This document shows positions 37,420-51,598 of a DNA stretch of 64,000 bases, piece after piece; positions within the stretch are counted from its first letter, which is position 1, and each line of letters opens with the position of its first letter. The position numbers were made by a program, and so were the translations under genes. Source of the stretch: Eledone cirrhosa (lineage: Eukaryota); contig OZ024741.1 of NCBI GenBank assembly GCA_964016885.1, positions 23,808,001 through 23,872,000 on the forward strand, given 5' to 3'. The notes under the pieces were generated by a model, which did not search any database, had not been told where the DNA came from, and worked only from the letters and a program-made list of their open reading frames with translations.

Positions 37420-37800
37420 CTGAATGCAGAGGATCATACAAAGATTAGATAGAAATGAAGCAAGCATATTTTGATGGCTGCATAATATTGAGTGTGCATG
37501 AATGTTGAAGCATCAATGAACTGAGAGAGAAACTGGGCACAAGAGAGGTTAGATGCAGAGTGCAGGAGAGGAGATTGCAGAGGTATGAACATGTGTATGG
37601 AAGATTACAGATGCATAACAAGGTGCAGGGCACTTGATGTTATTAGAAACTACAAAAGAGGAAGACTGTAGAAATCTTGAGATGATATAGTAAAACTAGC
37701 ACCATACAATTAAACCTTTTGAAGGAGATGACACAGGATCAAGTTCTCTGGCAATATGCCATACTGCAGAAGACCCACTTCCCCATGTGTACATAATGAA
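37420..37800 (+). mobile_element. Old RTE 3' fragment
   Basis: RNEASI..NELREKLG..RCRVQERRL remnants. Confidence 0.7.
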
Positions 37801-38701
37801 ACAAACATGATCAGGACAGTCTGCACCAATGCCCCTCATATGCTTCCCCAACATAATACTCTCCCATCCCCCTCACTCACTATCTAAATACCTCACCTTT
37901 GACCTCCTCCAGTTACTTCATCCATCCCTACTTCACCTTGCAAATCCAACAGCTACTGCCATCATGGAAAGACAGCCCTCTCCCTACATTCATTAAACTC
38001 CTACCAGCATAAAAAGGCAGCCTCCCCTAGCCCAGCCCAACCCATACTAATGTACAAAGACCCTCACACCACCATGGGAGGTCTGACATGTCTCACCTTG
38101 TACCATGACAAAATGCCTGGTTTAAATAAGGGAATATATGAATTAGATGTAGTCTCCAAGTGTGACTGTTTGTTTAGCCTAAGCAAGCACAGGGAAAGTA
38201 GATGTCTAAGGACTGGATATACTCCCCCTTCACATCCCTGATACACCTTCTTCACCTTTTCAACAGTGCTATGACAAAAAAAACACCCAGTCCATCCTGT
38301 ATGGAGGGAGTGCTGGTGCCATGACAAAAAAAGCACAGTTCACCCTGTGAGATGGTTATGCTAGTGTCACGACAAAGGAGCACTGTGTCCACCCTGTAAG
38401 GTGGTTATGCTGGTACCACGACAGAGGAGCACCCTGTCCACCCTATAAGGTGGTTATTCTGGTGCCACCACAAAGGAGCACCCAGTCCACTATATAAAGT
38501 GGTAGTGGTGGTGCCATTAGAGAAGCTTCTAGTACATGCTGTAATGTGGTTGGTATTAGGAACAGCATCCAGCTGTAGAAACTAAACTGAAAACGTATCA
38601 CATCACCTTACCTGGCTAGCCTCATAACATGACAATTCCTCTAACCCATACAAGTATTGAAAATCTTAATGGTGATGACGATATATAAATATATTTATAT
38701 A

Positions 38702-38861
38702 TACAAGTAAAATTCTGTTATAATGAATACCATTAGAACAAAATTATTTTCAATCCCCAGCCACACGCTTGATGTGTTAGGTCAATCTTGTTATAAAGAA
38801 TTTTTCGTTAAAAATTTTTTTTTATACCCCATGAATTTCATTATAATGAAATTTTACTGTA
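38702..38861. mobile_element. Tc1/mariner (Tigger-like) MITE
   Basis: TA-CA(A)GTAAAATT..ATAATGAA and AATTTTACTG-TA ends; related inverted copy at 58012-58165. Confidence 0.6.
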
Positions 38862-39139
38862 CATATTATACTATACATATTATAAATATATATATATATT
38901 TATTTATGTAGATCCCAAGTTAAATCAAGGGTAATCACAGTAAATAAAGTACTCAATACATTAGTAGAGTGAAAAGATCAAAATTTAATATAGGAATACA
39001 GGAATAGAACTTTCATTTGTGTTTGTATATATATATATATATATATCATCATCACCATTTAACACTAGCATGGGTTATACGGATTGTCCCGTTTAGGGCA
39101 AGTTGGGTCAGGTGGTCGTTTCTTACTTATACAGATATA

Positions 39140-39485
39140 TCATCATCATCATCATCATTTCATTTTACGTCCCCTTTTCCCTGCTTGCAAGGGTGGGACG
39201 GGAACTGATTCTGGCTTGATTTCTACAGCTGGATGCCCTTCCTAACACCAACCTCATTTACAGTGAGTGCTGGGTGCTTTCTTGCCGTGGCACCTCCACG
39301 ACCACTTTACAGTGGAATGATAGGGACCCCAGTCCCTATCATCTCATTTCTACAGCTGAGTAAACTGGAGCAATGTGAAATAAAGTGTCTTGCTCAAGGA
39401 AACAACACATCACCCGGTCTGAGAATTGAACTCACAACCTTTCGATTGCAAGGCCAATGCTCTAACCACTAAGCCATGTGCTTCT
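39140..39485 (-). mobile_element. Full-length tRNA-derived SINE
   Basis: Reverse complement of the 50553-50892 family. Confidence 0.9.
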
Positions 39486-40029
39486 ATATAATTAAAAATA
39501 AACAAGATAGAGAGATGTAAAAACACAAAGGCTCATGCTTGGGATTGAAGCTAAAGAAAAAAAATCTATAAATGTCTCAGCATGTCAGATACGTCCTTCA
39601 TCAGAAGTTTGGAGAGAAAAAAACAAAACTTTTTCAAGATGGGTGAAGAGGGCAAGTGTGTAGTGTGGTGATGGGGGCCATGATGGATAGTCCATGTGTG
39701 CAGATGGTGTGTATGTTATTTCTCTTTTGTGTGTGTGTGTGTGTGTGCATTGATGGAAGTATACGTGTGTATTAATACTTATGTATGAATGTGTATGTGG
39801 GTGTATTTTGGGGTGTTTTGGGGTATTGTGTGTAGTGACTTTGTGGTTATTAGTTTTTGTGTCTGCATAAGCTTATATGACTGTCTGTATCCCAAATGAG
39901 AAGAGATGTAGTTCCCAGAGTTGTGATTGAAGTTTATGATAGAATGGTGTGTCGTGGTCTGTTGTCTGTGCTATTTCAGGATGTGGCCAGATAGGAAGAG
40001 TGGGTGGTGAGGTGGCTGTGTGTAGCACA

Positions 40030-40310
40030 CTACCTCCCTCCTTCTGATTACTGAATGCTGAAGCTGGCGCATTACTGCATCAGCTTTTGCAATTCTTGCA
40101 CTTAATTCAGCTTCCTGACTTCTATCACTCGTGAACATGGCCCCGAGATACTTGAATTTCTCTACCTGCTTCAGTGGAACTCCATTCACATGTAGCATGC
40201 AGTGCACAGGCTTCCTTGAGAGGGCAAGTGTCTCAGTTTTTGTAGCACTGATTTTCATTTCAGCCATGTAGCACTCAACATCAAACCTATCAAGTGCAAG
40301 GTGTTCTGCT
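40030..40310 (-). mobile_element. RTE RT fragment
   Basis: MKISATKTETL..VEKFKYLG. Confidence 0.75.
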
Positions 40311-40610
40311 AGAGAACGGGTAGCAGGTGGCAGATAGCGATAAAACCACCAGACGTGATGGTTAGTTGTGATATAAGTGGGCAGGTGCCAGATGAATAAG
40401 CAACCCCGGACCAACAACGATAAACTACTAGAGGAGATGGAGCAATGGGTGACACCTGAAGATCCCAAGAAAACTCTCACAACCCAGTGACATAGTTATG
40501 ATGAGGCAAGTAAAGGCCACCTCTAAATAAGCCTAGTTAGTTTTCATGGGTTTGACAAAGTACCAGATTGGTAACCAGCGCGAATAAGACCACTGAAACT
40601 GCTATGTATT

Positions 40611-40641
<31 letters not shown>

Positions 40642-40661
40642 CAGTGAAGAGAGACGAACAC

Positions 40662-40699
<38 letters not shown>

Positions 40700-40703
<4 letters not shown>

Positions 40704-41198
40704 GTTGGAAGAAGTTTAGGGAGCTGCTGACGAAGAAGGGTTTCTCTCTGCGTACGAAAGGCCGGTTATATGATGCCTGTGTGAGGAGCGCGATGCTGCA
40801 TGGTAGTGAGACATGGGCAGCAATTGCAGAGGATATGCGACGGCTGGAGAGAAATGAGGCAAGCATGTTCCGTTGGATGCGCAGTGTCAATGTGCGTGAA
40901 CGACCCAGCATGAAGGTGTTGAGAGAGAAACTGTGTCTGAGAGGGATAGAATGTAGTGTACGGGAGAGGAGACTGGGGTGGTATGGAGGATGACCGATGG
41001 GTGAAGTGCCAGGAAATGCTAGTTGAAGGAAGACGTGGTAGAGGTAGACCATGAAAAACATGGGTGGAGGTGGTGAGAACGGACCTCAGATCGCTGAAGC
41101 TCACGGTGGAGATGACGAAGGACTGTGACAAGTGGAGAGATGCTGTGCTGAATAAGACCCTTGCAAGCAGGGAAGAGCAGACGTAAAATGATGATGAT
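40700..41198 (+). mobile_element. RTE LINE 3' fragment
   Basis: GWKKFRELL..KGRLYDACVRSAMLHGSETW; (ATG)n tail. Confidence 0.9.
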
Positions 41199-42589
41199 GT
41201 ATATATATGTATATATATATGTGTTCAAATCACAAGGGACAGAAACTGCCAGAGGGAAGAAAATACTGACTAAAGATAGTACAGTTCACAGAACTGAACA
41301 AAAGGATAAATCAAGATATACAAACCTACTATGATATCATCCAGGCAGCTTCGGGTAGAACTGTTTCGCAATTTAGTGAAAAGAATTATTGGTTCAATGC
41401 TTTTCAAAATTTACTCTATGAATATATCCTTAATGTATTAGGACAATATGAGGGACTAATATTGACATTGGAAATATATATTATGTATGTTTGTAATAAA
41501 ACCCATGATCAAATCTAGAACAAAGTGACAACCATTTTGTACTTAATTTGTTTGGGAAATGGGAAATTGATATCTTTCCTATCTATCAGACAATAAAAAC
41601 ATCTGTCTGTTTTCTTGTTTGTATGCATGCCTGTTTGTCCCCTTCCCCTTGACTTTTTTGCCCTCCCTGACTTTGGCCCCCATTGTATTTTTTCATGCTA
41701 AGAGTCAATGGGATTATAGGGTGCAATGTGTTAAAAAGCTCGGGTGGGGCCTGATTTAAATTTTGCTTGTGCTATGACAAACAAGCACCCTGTCCACTCT
41801 GTAAGGTGGTTGTGCTGGTGACATGACAAGAAGTAGTCTGTCCTCTCTGTCAGGTGGTTTGGTGTTAGGAATGACATTCCACTGTAGAAAATCAAGCCAA
41901 AGAAGGATCATATATGGTTACTTGATCAGTCTAACTTCATAATATGACAGTCCATCTAACCCTTGTAAACATAGATATCAGTGTTTAATAGTGATGAGCC
42001 CATCTACCTAACTTTATATCTATCTCTCCATCTGTCTGTCAGTCTGCCTGTCACCTTCATATGTTTCTACTGAGTGCATTTTATTGTAGCGCAAGCACTT
42101 CCAGCTCTTTGTTTGACAAGCTTTCTATGGCTGGATGCCTTTCCTATCACCAACCACTTTGCAGTGTGTACTGGGTGCATTTATCATGTAGATCACCAAC
42201 ACGAGGGAGGTTGTCATGTCATTGACACAACTGAAGAAGCCTCTTGATCCTTTTTGGCATGTTTTCTGCAGCAGGATTCCCTTCCTATTGCCAACTACCT
42301 TACAGGGTGTACTGGATGCATTTTCATGACACCAGCACTAGAGAGTTTGTTGGTTATTGGCTCAATTGTAGAGCCCTTTCTACCCTACAGATGGGGGGAA
42401 AGAAGGAAGATAGGTATGATGTAATACTCATATCATCATCACAAGCAGCCATATGAGGGGAGAAGTGATCTCTAATAGTGGGGGGGGGGGTGTACTGTGA
42501 TATCAGCTTCAAAGAAGCTATGACTTATGCCAGGATTTTAGAGGGAGAGGTGTAATGTTGAGAATAGTAACTAAGGAGTGCTGGTGGTG

Positions 42590-43990
42590 GGTAGAGGATG
42601 TTGATGGATTTGCCTCTTCCAAGATTTCTCTGTGCTACTTTACAGCTGTCTTCTTCTGTATGCATCACATGACCATACCAGCTTCTCTCTTGCACACTAC
42701 ATCCAAGTGTTTTTCTCCTCAGCTCACTTATGCTGTGTCAGTCATGCACACTGTTACATCCAGTTCCTCTAATGCTAATTTTTTATCTCAGTTCACTTAT
42801 GCTATGTTGTTCACACACAAACTAATGTTACATATCTATTGGGGCATACTTCATTTCTTTCCAGCCTTCACAGGTCTTCTGCAGACAAGGCAAATGTCTC
42901 ACTGACATGTGCATTGCAGTTGCCATACATCACACATCAGTCTACTCTGAGAGAGAAGCCCTTTGTTGAGGTACCAACCCCTTAAACTTCTAACCTGTTC
43001 TTACTCTTGCTATTACACTTTAAGAGCATTCTCCCTTACTGCTGATTATGTCACCTAAGTAACAAAAGCTGTCAGCAACTTCTGGGGAGCATCCATGGCA
43101 AATGAGGGAATCTATTCCATGTATGCTCTTAGTGCTTACTTCTCCTGTGCATCAGCTATATACAAAGTCAATCTTTTCCCTTAACCTGCCTGTAATTCTG
43201 CTACATCTCTTGTATGTCTATATATTTCACTGTATGCACTTTATGGAATGTCTGTCCACCCCTTTACGACATAGTGAACAAGGCCTCTTTTCTGACAATG
43301 TCACCTTCCTCTCCTCTTTCCTATTTAAGACTTTGCTAAGTTTTCTTTTAGGCCTTTTGACTTTTAATCCCTTTTCGTTCCATGCTTGGAATTTTGCCTC
43401 TCACTCTCACTGACTCAGTTATAAGGACTTAGAATAAAGGAGTTCCCATGGACTGCCAGTTTTAAAATTCTGTTATGGTCTAAAGTTAATGATAAACAAA
43501 GGTTGAACCCCACCTGCACTTCAAATTTATCACTGAACTCATTGCCAACTCTCACATTACACCTCTATACATAGATTGCATGGCTATCACGATCCATCTG
43601 TTTACACTTAGCTTCCTAAATGCTCAAGGGAACCTTGTCAAAGACCTTCTCCAGATCCATAAATGCCTGGTACAGTGGATTACTCTTAGCTAAGTACTTT
43701 CTATTTCACCAGAAAGAGAACATCAGTAGTACCCTTACCAAACATAAAGCTAAACTGTATCTCATCTAACTTAATTCTGTCTCTAATTGTGCTGTATCCC
43801 TTTCAGCAACTTTCATGACCTGGTCTATCAACATGATACCTTTGTAGTTACTTCACTTTAGTGTGTCTCCTTTCTCCTTTTAATGATACTGATGTGCCAG
43901 TCATTGAATATGAAACCATCTTATACTACTTGTGTCTGACTAGCTTATAACCTACCATTTTCTGATGTTTTTAGCATTTCAGCTGCCATC
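42590..43990 (-). mobile_element. Long degenerate RTE RT region
   Basis: Remnants of FMDLEKVFD.VP and FCYLGD; many stops and frameshifts. Confidence 0.75.
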
Positions 43991-44774
43991 CCTACATTCA
44001 TGTCATTATTCGTTAACATATTTTTAATGAAAGACACTGTCTATTGTTTCCAAATAATTTTGAAAATAATTAAAGATTTCGAGGGATATAGTAATATAAC
44101 TAACCTTCTCATTTGGAACATAACTTAACAAAGGTTCTTATGTAAAATTATGGAAGTTTTTTTTTGTAGATAAATATAAATACTTTAAATCATAAAGGGA
44201 TTTGGAGATTTAAATTTCAAATGCTCTTCACAACATTGTGCTGTTGAATGTGGCAGATGTCACAACCCAAGGAAATAATTGTTTCTTCAGTTGGTACAAG
44301 ACCAGCAATTTGAAGAAAATCGATGAAATCGACCTTATAGTGTGTAACTGCTTCTTTAGTTTGTCAACGTTTATCAACCCTGTGATGATGAAAGGCACAG
44401 CTAACCTCGGCCAGGTTTGAACTCGGATCATAAAGGACTGTAACTATATACTGCAAAGCATGTTTATATGATGCTCTACCAAGAAATAACTTTGTGGACA
44501 AATTCATAGGTGTACTCCATTAGGACATGAAGAGAGAGACAGAGGATAAACTACAACAACAGTAACAACAACTCACTGAGTGATGTGATGTGTAATGGAT
44601 ATTCTCTTTAGTTACATTTTCTCTATGTCAGCAAGAGGTCAGTGGTTATTCTTGGCCACTACAACACCCCTTGTGTCAGGTAGGTCAGTGAGGATCAAAT
44701 GATAGATGTGGTAGCATACTTTATGTATATCACTAAACATTTACCCTTCCTCACTTTTATGTGTATGATTCTGA

Positions 44775-46270
44775 ATAGGTGGCTGGATGGAGGGATGAGT
44801 AGGTGGCTGGATGGGTGGCTGGATGGAGGGATGAGTAGGTGGCTGGATGGAGGGATGAGTAGGTGGCTGGATGGATGGATGGTTGGATGGAGGGATGAGT
44901 AGGTGGCTGGAGGGATGAGTAGGTGGCTGGATGGAGGGAGGAGTAGGTGGCTGGAGGGAGGGAGGAGTAGGTGGCTGGAGGGAGGGAGGAGTAGGTGGCT
45001 GGAGGGAGGGAGGAGTAGGTGGCTGGAGGGAGGGAGGAGTAGGTGGCTGGAGGGAGGGAGGAGTAGGTGGCTGGAGGGAGGGAGGAGTAGGTGGCTGGAG
45101 GGAGGGAGGAGTAGGTGGCTGGAGGGAGGGAGGAGTAGGTGGCTGGAGGGAGGGATGAGTAGGTGGCTGGAGGGAGGGATGAGTAGGTGGCTGGAGGGAG
45201 GGATGAGTAGGTGGCTGGAGGGAGGGATGAGTAGGTGGCTGGAGGGAGGGATGAGTAGGTGGCTGGAGGGAGGGATGAGTAGGTGGCTGGAGGGAGGGAT
45301 GAGTAGGTGGCTGGAGGGAGGGATGAGTAGGTGGCTGGAGGGAGGGATGAGTAGGTGGCTGGAGGGAGGGATGAGTAGGTGGCTGGATGGATGGCTGGAG
45401 GGAGGGATGAGTAGGTGGCTGGAGGGAGGGATGAGTAGGTGGCTGGATGGATGGCTGGATGGAGGGATGAGTAGGTGGAGGGAGGAGTAGGTGGTTGGAT
45501 GGAGGGAGGAGTAGGTGGTTGGATGGAGGGAGGAGTAGGTGGCTGGATGGAGGGATGAGTAGGTGGCTGGATGGATGGTTGGATGGAGGGATGAGTAGGT
45601 GGAGGGAGGAGTAGGTGGTTGGATGGAGGGAGGAGTAGGTGGCTGGATGGAGGGATGAGTAGGTGGCTGGATGGATGGTTGGATGGAGGGAGGAGTAGGT
45701 GGCTGGAGGGAGGGAGGAGTAGGTGGCTGGAGGGAGGGAGGAGTAGGTGGCTGGATGGAGGGATGAGTAGGTGGCTGGAGGGATGGTTGGATGGAGGGAT
45801 GAGTAGGTGGAGGGAGGAGTAGGTGGTTGGATGGAGGGAGGAGTAGGTGGTTGGATGGAGGGAGGAGTAGGTGGTTGGAGGGAGGAGTAGGTGGTTGGAT
45901 GGAGGGAGGAGTAGGTGGCTGGATGGAGGGAGGAGTAGGTGGCTGGATGGAGGGAGGAGTAGGTGGCTGGATGGAGGGAGGAGTAGGTGGCTGGATGGAG
46001 GGAGGAGTAGGTGGCTGGATGGAGGGATGAGTAGGTGGCTGGATGGAGGGATGAGTAGGTGGCTGGAGGGAGGGAGGAGTAGGTGGCTGGAGGGAGGGAG
46101 GAGTAGGTGGCTGGATGGAGGGATGAGTAGGTGGCTGGATGGATGGTTGGATGGAGGGATGAGTAGGTGGCTGGATGGAGGGATGAGTAGGTGGCTGGAT
46201 GGAGGGATGAGTAGGTGGCTGGATGGAGGGAGGAGTGGGTGGCTGGATGGGTGGCTGGATGGAGGGATGA
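44775..46270. repeat. G-rich 24-bp minisatellite (~60 units)
   Basis: gagtaggtgg(c/t)tgga(g/t)ggaggga(g/t) units; extreme G/C strand skew. Confidence 0.95.
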
Positions 46271-46533
46271 AGTAGTAAGGTAGATGAAAAGTAGAATTAA
46301 GGTTAGGATAGGATCAAGATTTATTTCAGTGTTATTTACATAATTAATCTTAGATCTCATTTTGAAAAGCAGGACACCTGGACATGGCAGATGTAGAGCT
46401 ATGAAGAAACCCAATAAAATATGTTTATTGGTGGGGAGCTCCAGAGGTGGGGCTGGTGTAGGTGTGGGTGTAGGTCATTAATGTGAAGACCTTTAGGCTT
46501 GTTTATTATTTGATGGTGGCCGGATCCAGAAAT

Positions 46534-46574
<41 letters not shown>

Positions 46575-47865
46575 GTATTATATATATGCACTGGGATAAT
46601 TGCTGGCCTTGTGCCAAAAGTAGAAATAATTAATTACTTGGTCTATCACACTATCAACTTTTATGGCTGATCCCTTAATTGTATTCGCATGGGCAAGGTC
46701 TTCACCTATTTTTTCTCTTCACTCAGTAGTCTTTCGCAGTAGGTCTTCCATACCTCTTTTTGCCATCAGAGTTTGTGCTCTGCTATTGTTTAAGGCACAC
46801 TTTTCCCCAACCATGTCATAATTTTCTCTAACACTCTCTCATAATCTAGAATACTTCATACCTCTGATCTTCATGGCATAGAACATGTACAAACTTATTC
46901 TTTTCTGATTCTCCCTTTGCTAGTAATACCTGGTGTTTAACCTCTCTTCTAGTTATTAGGTATTACTCTGTTTTCCCTTTCTTCCAGTCTCTCCAGACCT
47001 CTTTGTTTTTATGGCTCTATCTACCTTATCATTTCACTACCATGTCACTCTCTGTCTAGCTGGAATTTTGCCCCAACTGCAGACCTGATCTGTGGCTTTC
47101 AGCAAGTTGTCTCATAGAAATCCCAATTTTTCTCTTTACTATAGGTTTCCATCTCTTCCTTATTGTCATAAGTGTCAAGTAGGATTTTTCTGATTTTGTT
47201 GCCTGTTGAGTGTTCTTTCAGCTTCCATGTCTTTCTCCTCTAGACAGGCTTTTGTCCATCTCGCCCTTACTCTAAGATCACTGACAATAAATCTGTCTGG
47301 AGGTACATTCTTCTCTAAGGAAGGACTTAGCATTGACGACCATTCACCTATCTCGTTTCCTTGACTTGTATGCCCCCTGGTTGGTAAGTAATCGGGTGGC
47401 TGGCTGGCTAGTTTCCTGAAGTTTTTGTAGCAAATGGATAATCATATGCATTGCTTTTTTGTTGTGGCACCAGTACAACCACCTTACAGGGTGGACTAGG
47501 TGCTTTTTGTTATGGCACCACTACTATTACATTACAGGGTGGATTGAGCGCTTTTTGTCATGGTACCAGCATAACCATCTTACAAAGTGAATTGAGTGCT
47601 TTCTTTTTCTCAAGGCACCTCTTCATCTCTTGTACCATACCCATAGCTTCCATTCACACATTGAAAACCATCATGGTGTTTCTCAACATGTCCATTTGAA
47701 GCCTGTAAGAGGACTTTACACACACACACACGCACGTGCACGCGCACGCACGCACTGCTATTATTCATAAAGTACAAGACAAAATATATTCATGTTTTTG
47801 AGGCTCATGTTGCCAATCAAAATACATGCATCAAGTAAGATTCACTTCAGTTTTATCAAGCAGGT

Positions 47866-48112
47866 AATTAGTCTTTCAGTCAGTTGATTAACAACTAATT
47901 AGTTGTCAAAATCCTTTCATCACAACCTGTGTCCTTATTGATGACTCTTGCCCTCTGTGTCTCCTCTTTAGGCACAATTTCTCAATCTTTTCTCATTGGA
48001 GTAAATGTATATGAAGAGTAGACACAGAGGGCAACAGTCATTAATAAGGTCTCGGGCAGTGATGGAAGGACTTTTACAATAGTTAATTAGCTTTCTGATT
48101 GATGGATTAATT
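47866..48112. repeat. Old fold-back inverted repeat, same family as 26480-26670
   Basis: ccttattgatgactcttgccctctgtgtct pairs with agacacagagggcaacagtcattaataagg; shared tcatgttgccaat..ttcacttca flank. Confidence 0.65.
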
Positions 48113-48799
48113 GTATTTTAATTGTTTCTGTTTACAGCAGAGTATGGAATGAAACATCATGAAAATATTTCTTTCATTTCTTCCTCTTTTCATTACATTG
48201 AAATCATTTTAAGATCTAGTCTCTTCATATACCATTGTAGTCCTCAATTGCTTGGGGATCCAGCCAGATCAATTGGATATGGCCTCTTCTCTGAAGACCT
48301 TCTGCTGTACAGCTCTTGAGTTTCTTATTACTGTTGTAGATGTGATATTTTAACTAAGGTATTTACCAGTAATCAATCGACTGGCATGGTTTTGAAATCC
48401 TTCAAATTTTAAAGTTTTTGCAATGTAAAAACTGTAGAGACCAGTGCTCTCTATTAAATTTTGCTAATTTATCTCAGGTGAAATTTTAATTTAAGTGGTA
48501 ACATTCCTGCAATAATCAATTTTCTTTATACATTAAAAACATTATATATGACAAAAAAAAAATCATTTCTAGAAATTCCATACATTATAAAATAAATAGG
48601 ATGGGTTGGGGTCTCAATATGTAAACAAAATGACTAATTCTATTTTTTTTTTTTTTTAAAGAAATCAACCGAGACAACGTAGACCCCCCCCCCCCCCCAT
48701 TATTTGAGACAGAGTAAGCTTTCCAAATCACATCTACAAATTACATGTGACCATCATTGTTTCTTGTAAAAAATGACCTTTACTTTTACTTTCTTTTCT

Positions 48800-48965
48800 C
48801 TCAGGCTGCCAGTCAGCCTGGAAATCACTCAATAGAACAAATATTTTCCCTGCATCAAATTATGGTATAATCAATTGAATTCAACAACCCAATTCACATT
48901 GTTTTTATAGCCTTTACCAAGGTTTTTGACAGCATACACTTTCCATGCCTTTGAAACCTTCTAGA
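48800..48965 (+). mobile_element. RTE RT fragment
   Basis: PG.HSIEQIFSL.QI..SIEFN.PIHIVFI.FTK.FDSI. Confidence 0.7.
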
Positions 48966-49703
48966 AAGCAGCCATATTCAGAAGAATTATATGGAAGGTT
49001 CACAATCTGCTATGAAGACCAATATTGACATAAGTAGATTTGTGGACATAATGAAAGGTGTTAAGCAGGGAGCTATTTTGTTGATTATTCTTTTCTAGAT
49101 TAATTACTAGATGAATAAAAAGCAAGTGAAACTCAACTGGTGTAAATGTTTTTATTGGCAGCATGACCCTCCCAAAATACAATGTTTCAGCAAAGGATTT
49201 CACAAATAAAAAAAATATCACTGTTGTCATTCCTCATTAGCTACTACTTGTCTCTCTAAAATTGTATCTTCTTCTCCTCTCTAAACCTCCCTCTTTCCCT
49301 AGTCATATATTTCTACTTACAATGAACTTAATGTATTTCTACTTAAGATGAACTTACTGCCTCTTCAAACATTAACTGACCCAAATCATGTGTAGTTTAG
49401 AGATGAAATGAAAACTATGCATTGCTAAAATGGAAATTAAAATCAGTCAATGAACATTGTTGGCATAACTTGTTTTTTTAGTTTTTATTAGTTGAATGAG
49501 GAAAATGATAGAGCTAGGTTAAACCAGAGATGCTTTCACTAATTTGTCTGTTTAGTTGCAAGAGGTTAAAATTTATCAAAATAATTTTTTCATAACCCTT
49601 TCAAGGTCACATTTCTAATGAAATAAATTTTCTATGTGTTTCAAATAATTTTCAAAATAACTAAGAATTTAAAGTGTCTTGTTCTGTTTTCTAAATTCTG
49701 TCT

Positions 49704-50160
49704 TTAAGCCAACCAGACAGCCTCTCTGATACTTTACCTGAGGATATCAGACAAATCATTATTAAGCCAACCAGACAGCCTCCCTGCTACTTTACCTGAG
49801 AAGGATATCAGACAAATCATTATTAAGCCAACCAGACAGCCTCCCTGCTACTTTACCTGAGAAGGATATCGGACAAATCATTATTAAGCCAACCAGACAG
49901 CCTCCCTGCTACTTTACCTGAGGATATCAGACAAATCATTATTAAGCCAACCAGACAGCCTCCCTGCTACTTTACCTGAGAAGGATATCGGACAAATCAT
50001 TATTAAGCCAACCAGACAGCCTCCCTGCTACTTTACCTGAGGATATCAGACAAATCATTATTAAGCCAACCAGACAGCCTCCCTGCTACTTTACCTGAGG
50101 ATATCGGACAAATCATTATTAAGCCAACCAGACAGCTTCTCTGTTACTTTACCTGAGAGA
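49704..50160. repeat. 58/61-bp minisatellite x8
   Basis: ttaagccaaccagacagcctccctgctactttacctga(gaa)ggatatc(a/g)gacaaatcatta. Confidence 0.95.
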
Positions 50161-50552
50161 CATTAAACAAATCGTCATCACAACCTACCTTAAAAGTAGA
50201 CACATAATGTAGTTTTAGATATCTCCCCAAAAGTTGGGATGGTCACAAGTGGAGTACTTTTCATCTTAGGTTTGCTCAGTGATGATTGAATTAAGGTGAA
50301 ACATCTATAGAGAAAATGTTTATGCTAGAATATAGCATATATTAGGTTTAGATTTAGGGTAAATTTAATTTAAATAACTACAGTTTTTTTTTTCAATTAG
50401 AAGCCTTCACTGTGAAAAGAATGAAGCATAAATACCTTCTACTATTCCTCTGTAAGTAGGAAAAGATGAGATTATCTTTGTGCATTTTGGTTATTTTTGT
50501 TTCCTCATCAGGAGATAACGCTTTCATGATTATGTATAGAGGAATAGTAGAA

Positions 50553-50892
50553 TGGAGGCACATGGCTTAGTGGTTAGAGCATTGGCCTTGCAATCGAAAG
50601 GTTGTGAGTTCAATTCTCAGACCGGGTTATGTGTTGTTTCCTTGAGCAAGACACTTTATTTCACATTGCTCCAGTTTACTCAGCTGTAGAAATGAGATGA
50701 TAGGGACTGGGGTCCCTATCATTCCACTGCAAAGTGGTCGTGTAGGTGCCACAGCAAAAAAAGCACCCAGCACTCACTGTAAATGAGGTTGGTGTTAGGA
50801 AGGGCATCCAGCTGTAGAAATCAAGCCAGAATCAGTTCTCGTCCCACCCGTGCAAGCAGGGAAAAGCGGACGTAAAATGATGATGATGATGA
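50553..50892 (+). mobile_element. Full-length tRNA-derived SINE
   Basis: A and B boxes, (ATG)n tail. Confidence 0.9.
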
Positions 50893-51424
50893 ATCTCACT
50901 ATAGCAATGCTATATGTAACAGGATGTTGAATATAATTGAAATGATCAGTCTAATTTGTATTAGGTGTACACACCAGCCTATCTGAAATGTTATTACATG
51001 AGAAATGTAATATTAGATTTCAGGAGTTAAATCTTTCAGTTGAAAATAGTTACTGTATTTAATTTTTTATGACTTAGTCAGTGCAGTATATGACACAAGG
51101 GCAGTATATCATTTAATATATAGTCACAAAAGGGTTGAACTATAAAGATATTTTGACATCAATAACTAAATTTTAATATAAAATGTTCTTACATTCAATG
51201 AGTCATAGAAATGCTTTGTATCTCCTCTCCAAGCATCAACTCTGTCACTAAGTTTAGCCTGCCACCATAAGCAGTTGCCAGGACATGGCTAACAAATGTC
51301 CCAGAGCCCAAAACAAAAGTCAGGTGAGAACTTCTGTACCCACCTATCCATCCCTAAAGATGTAGCTGCCAGACAACAAGGTATCCTCTCTAACCAAACA
51401 CCATAATTTTAAGATAATGTTTCT

Positions 51425-51598
51425 TTAACCCTTTAGCATTTAAACCAGCCGTATCCAGCCAGAATTCTCTCACCTCTTTCTGTGCAAACCAGCAGTAACC
51501 GACTGCTCATACTGATGTTAAGTTATTGTTCTCAAAATAAATAATATCAAAATCTCTTAGATTTGATATTACGTGAGATAAAAATGCTAAAGGGTTAA
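51425..51598. mobile_element. piggyBac-like MITE
   Basis: TTAA-CCCTTTAGCATTT ... AAATGCTAAAGGG-TTAA. Confidence 0.85.

Noticed and set aside
39565-39610. Hammerhead on the minus strand (CTGATGA agga cgta tct GACA)
   Set aside because: GAAA core mutated and no clear stem I/III; probably a dead Penelope-like remnant
44741-46414. 557-aa Pro/Ser-rich protein
   Set aside because: Translation of a 24-bp minisatellite; no splice or domain support
49704-50160. CRISPR array
   Set aside because: Units are wholly repeated with no variable spacers
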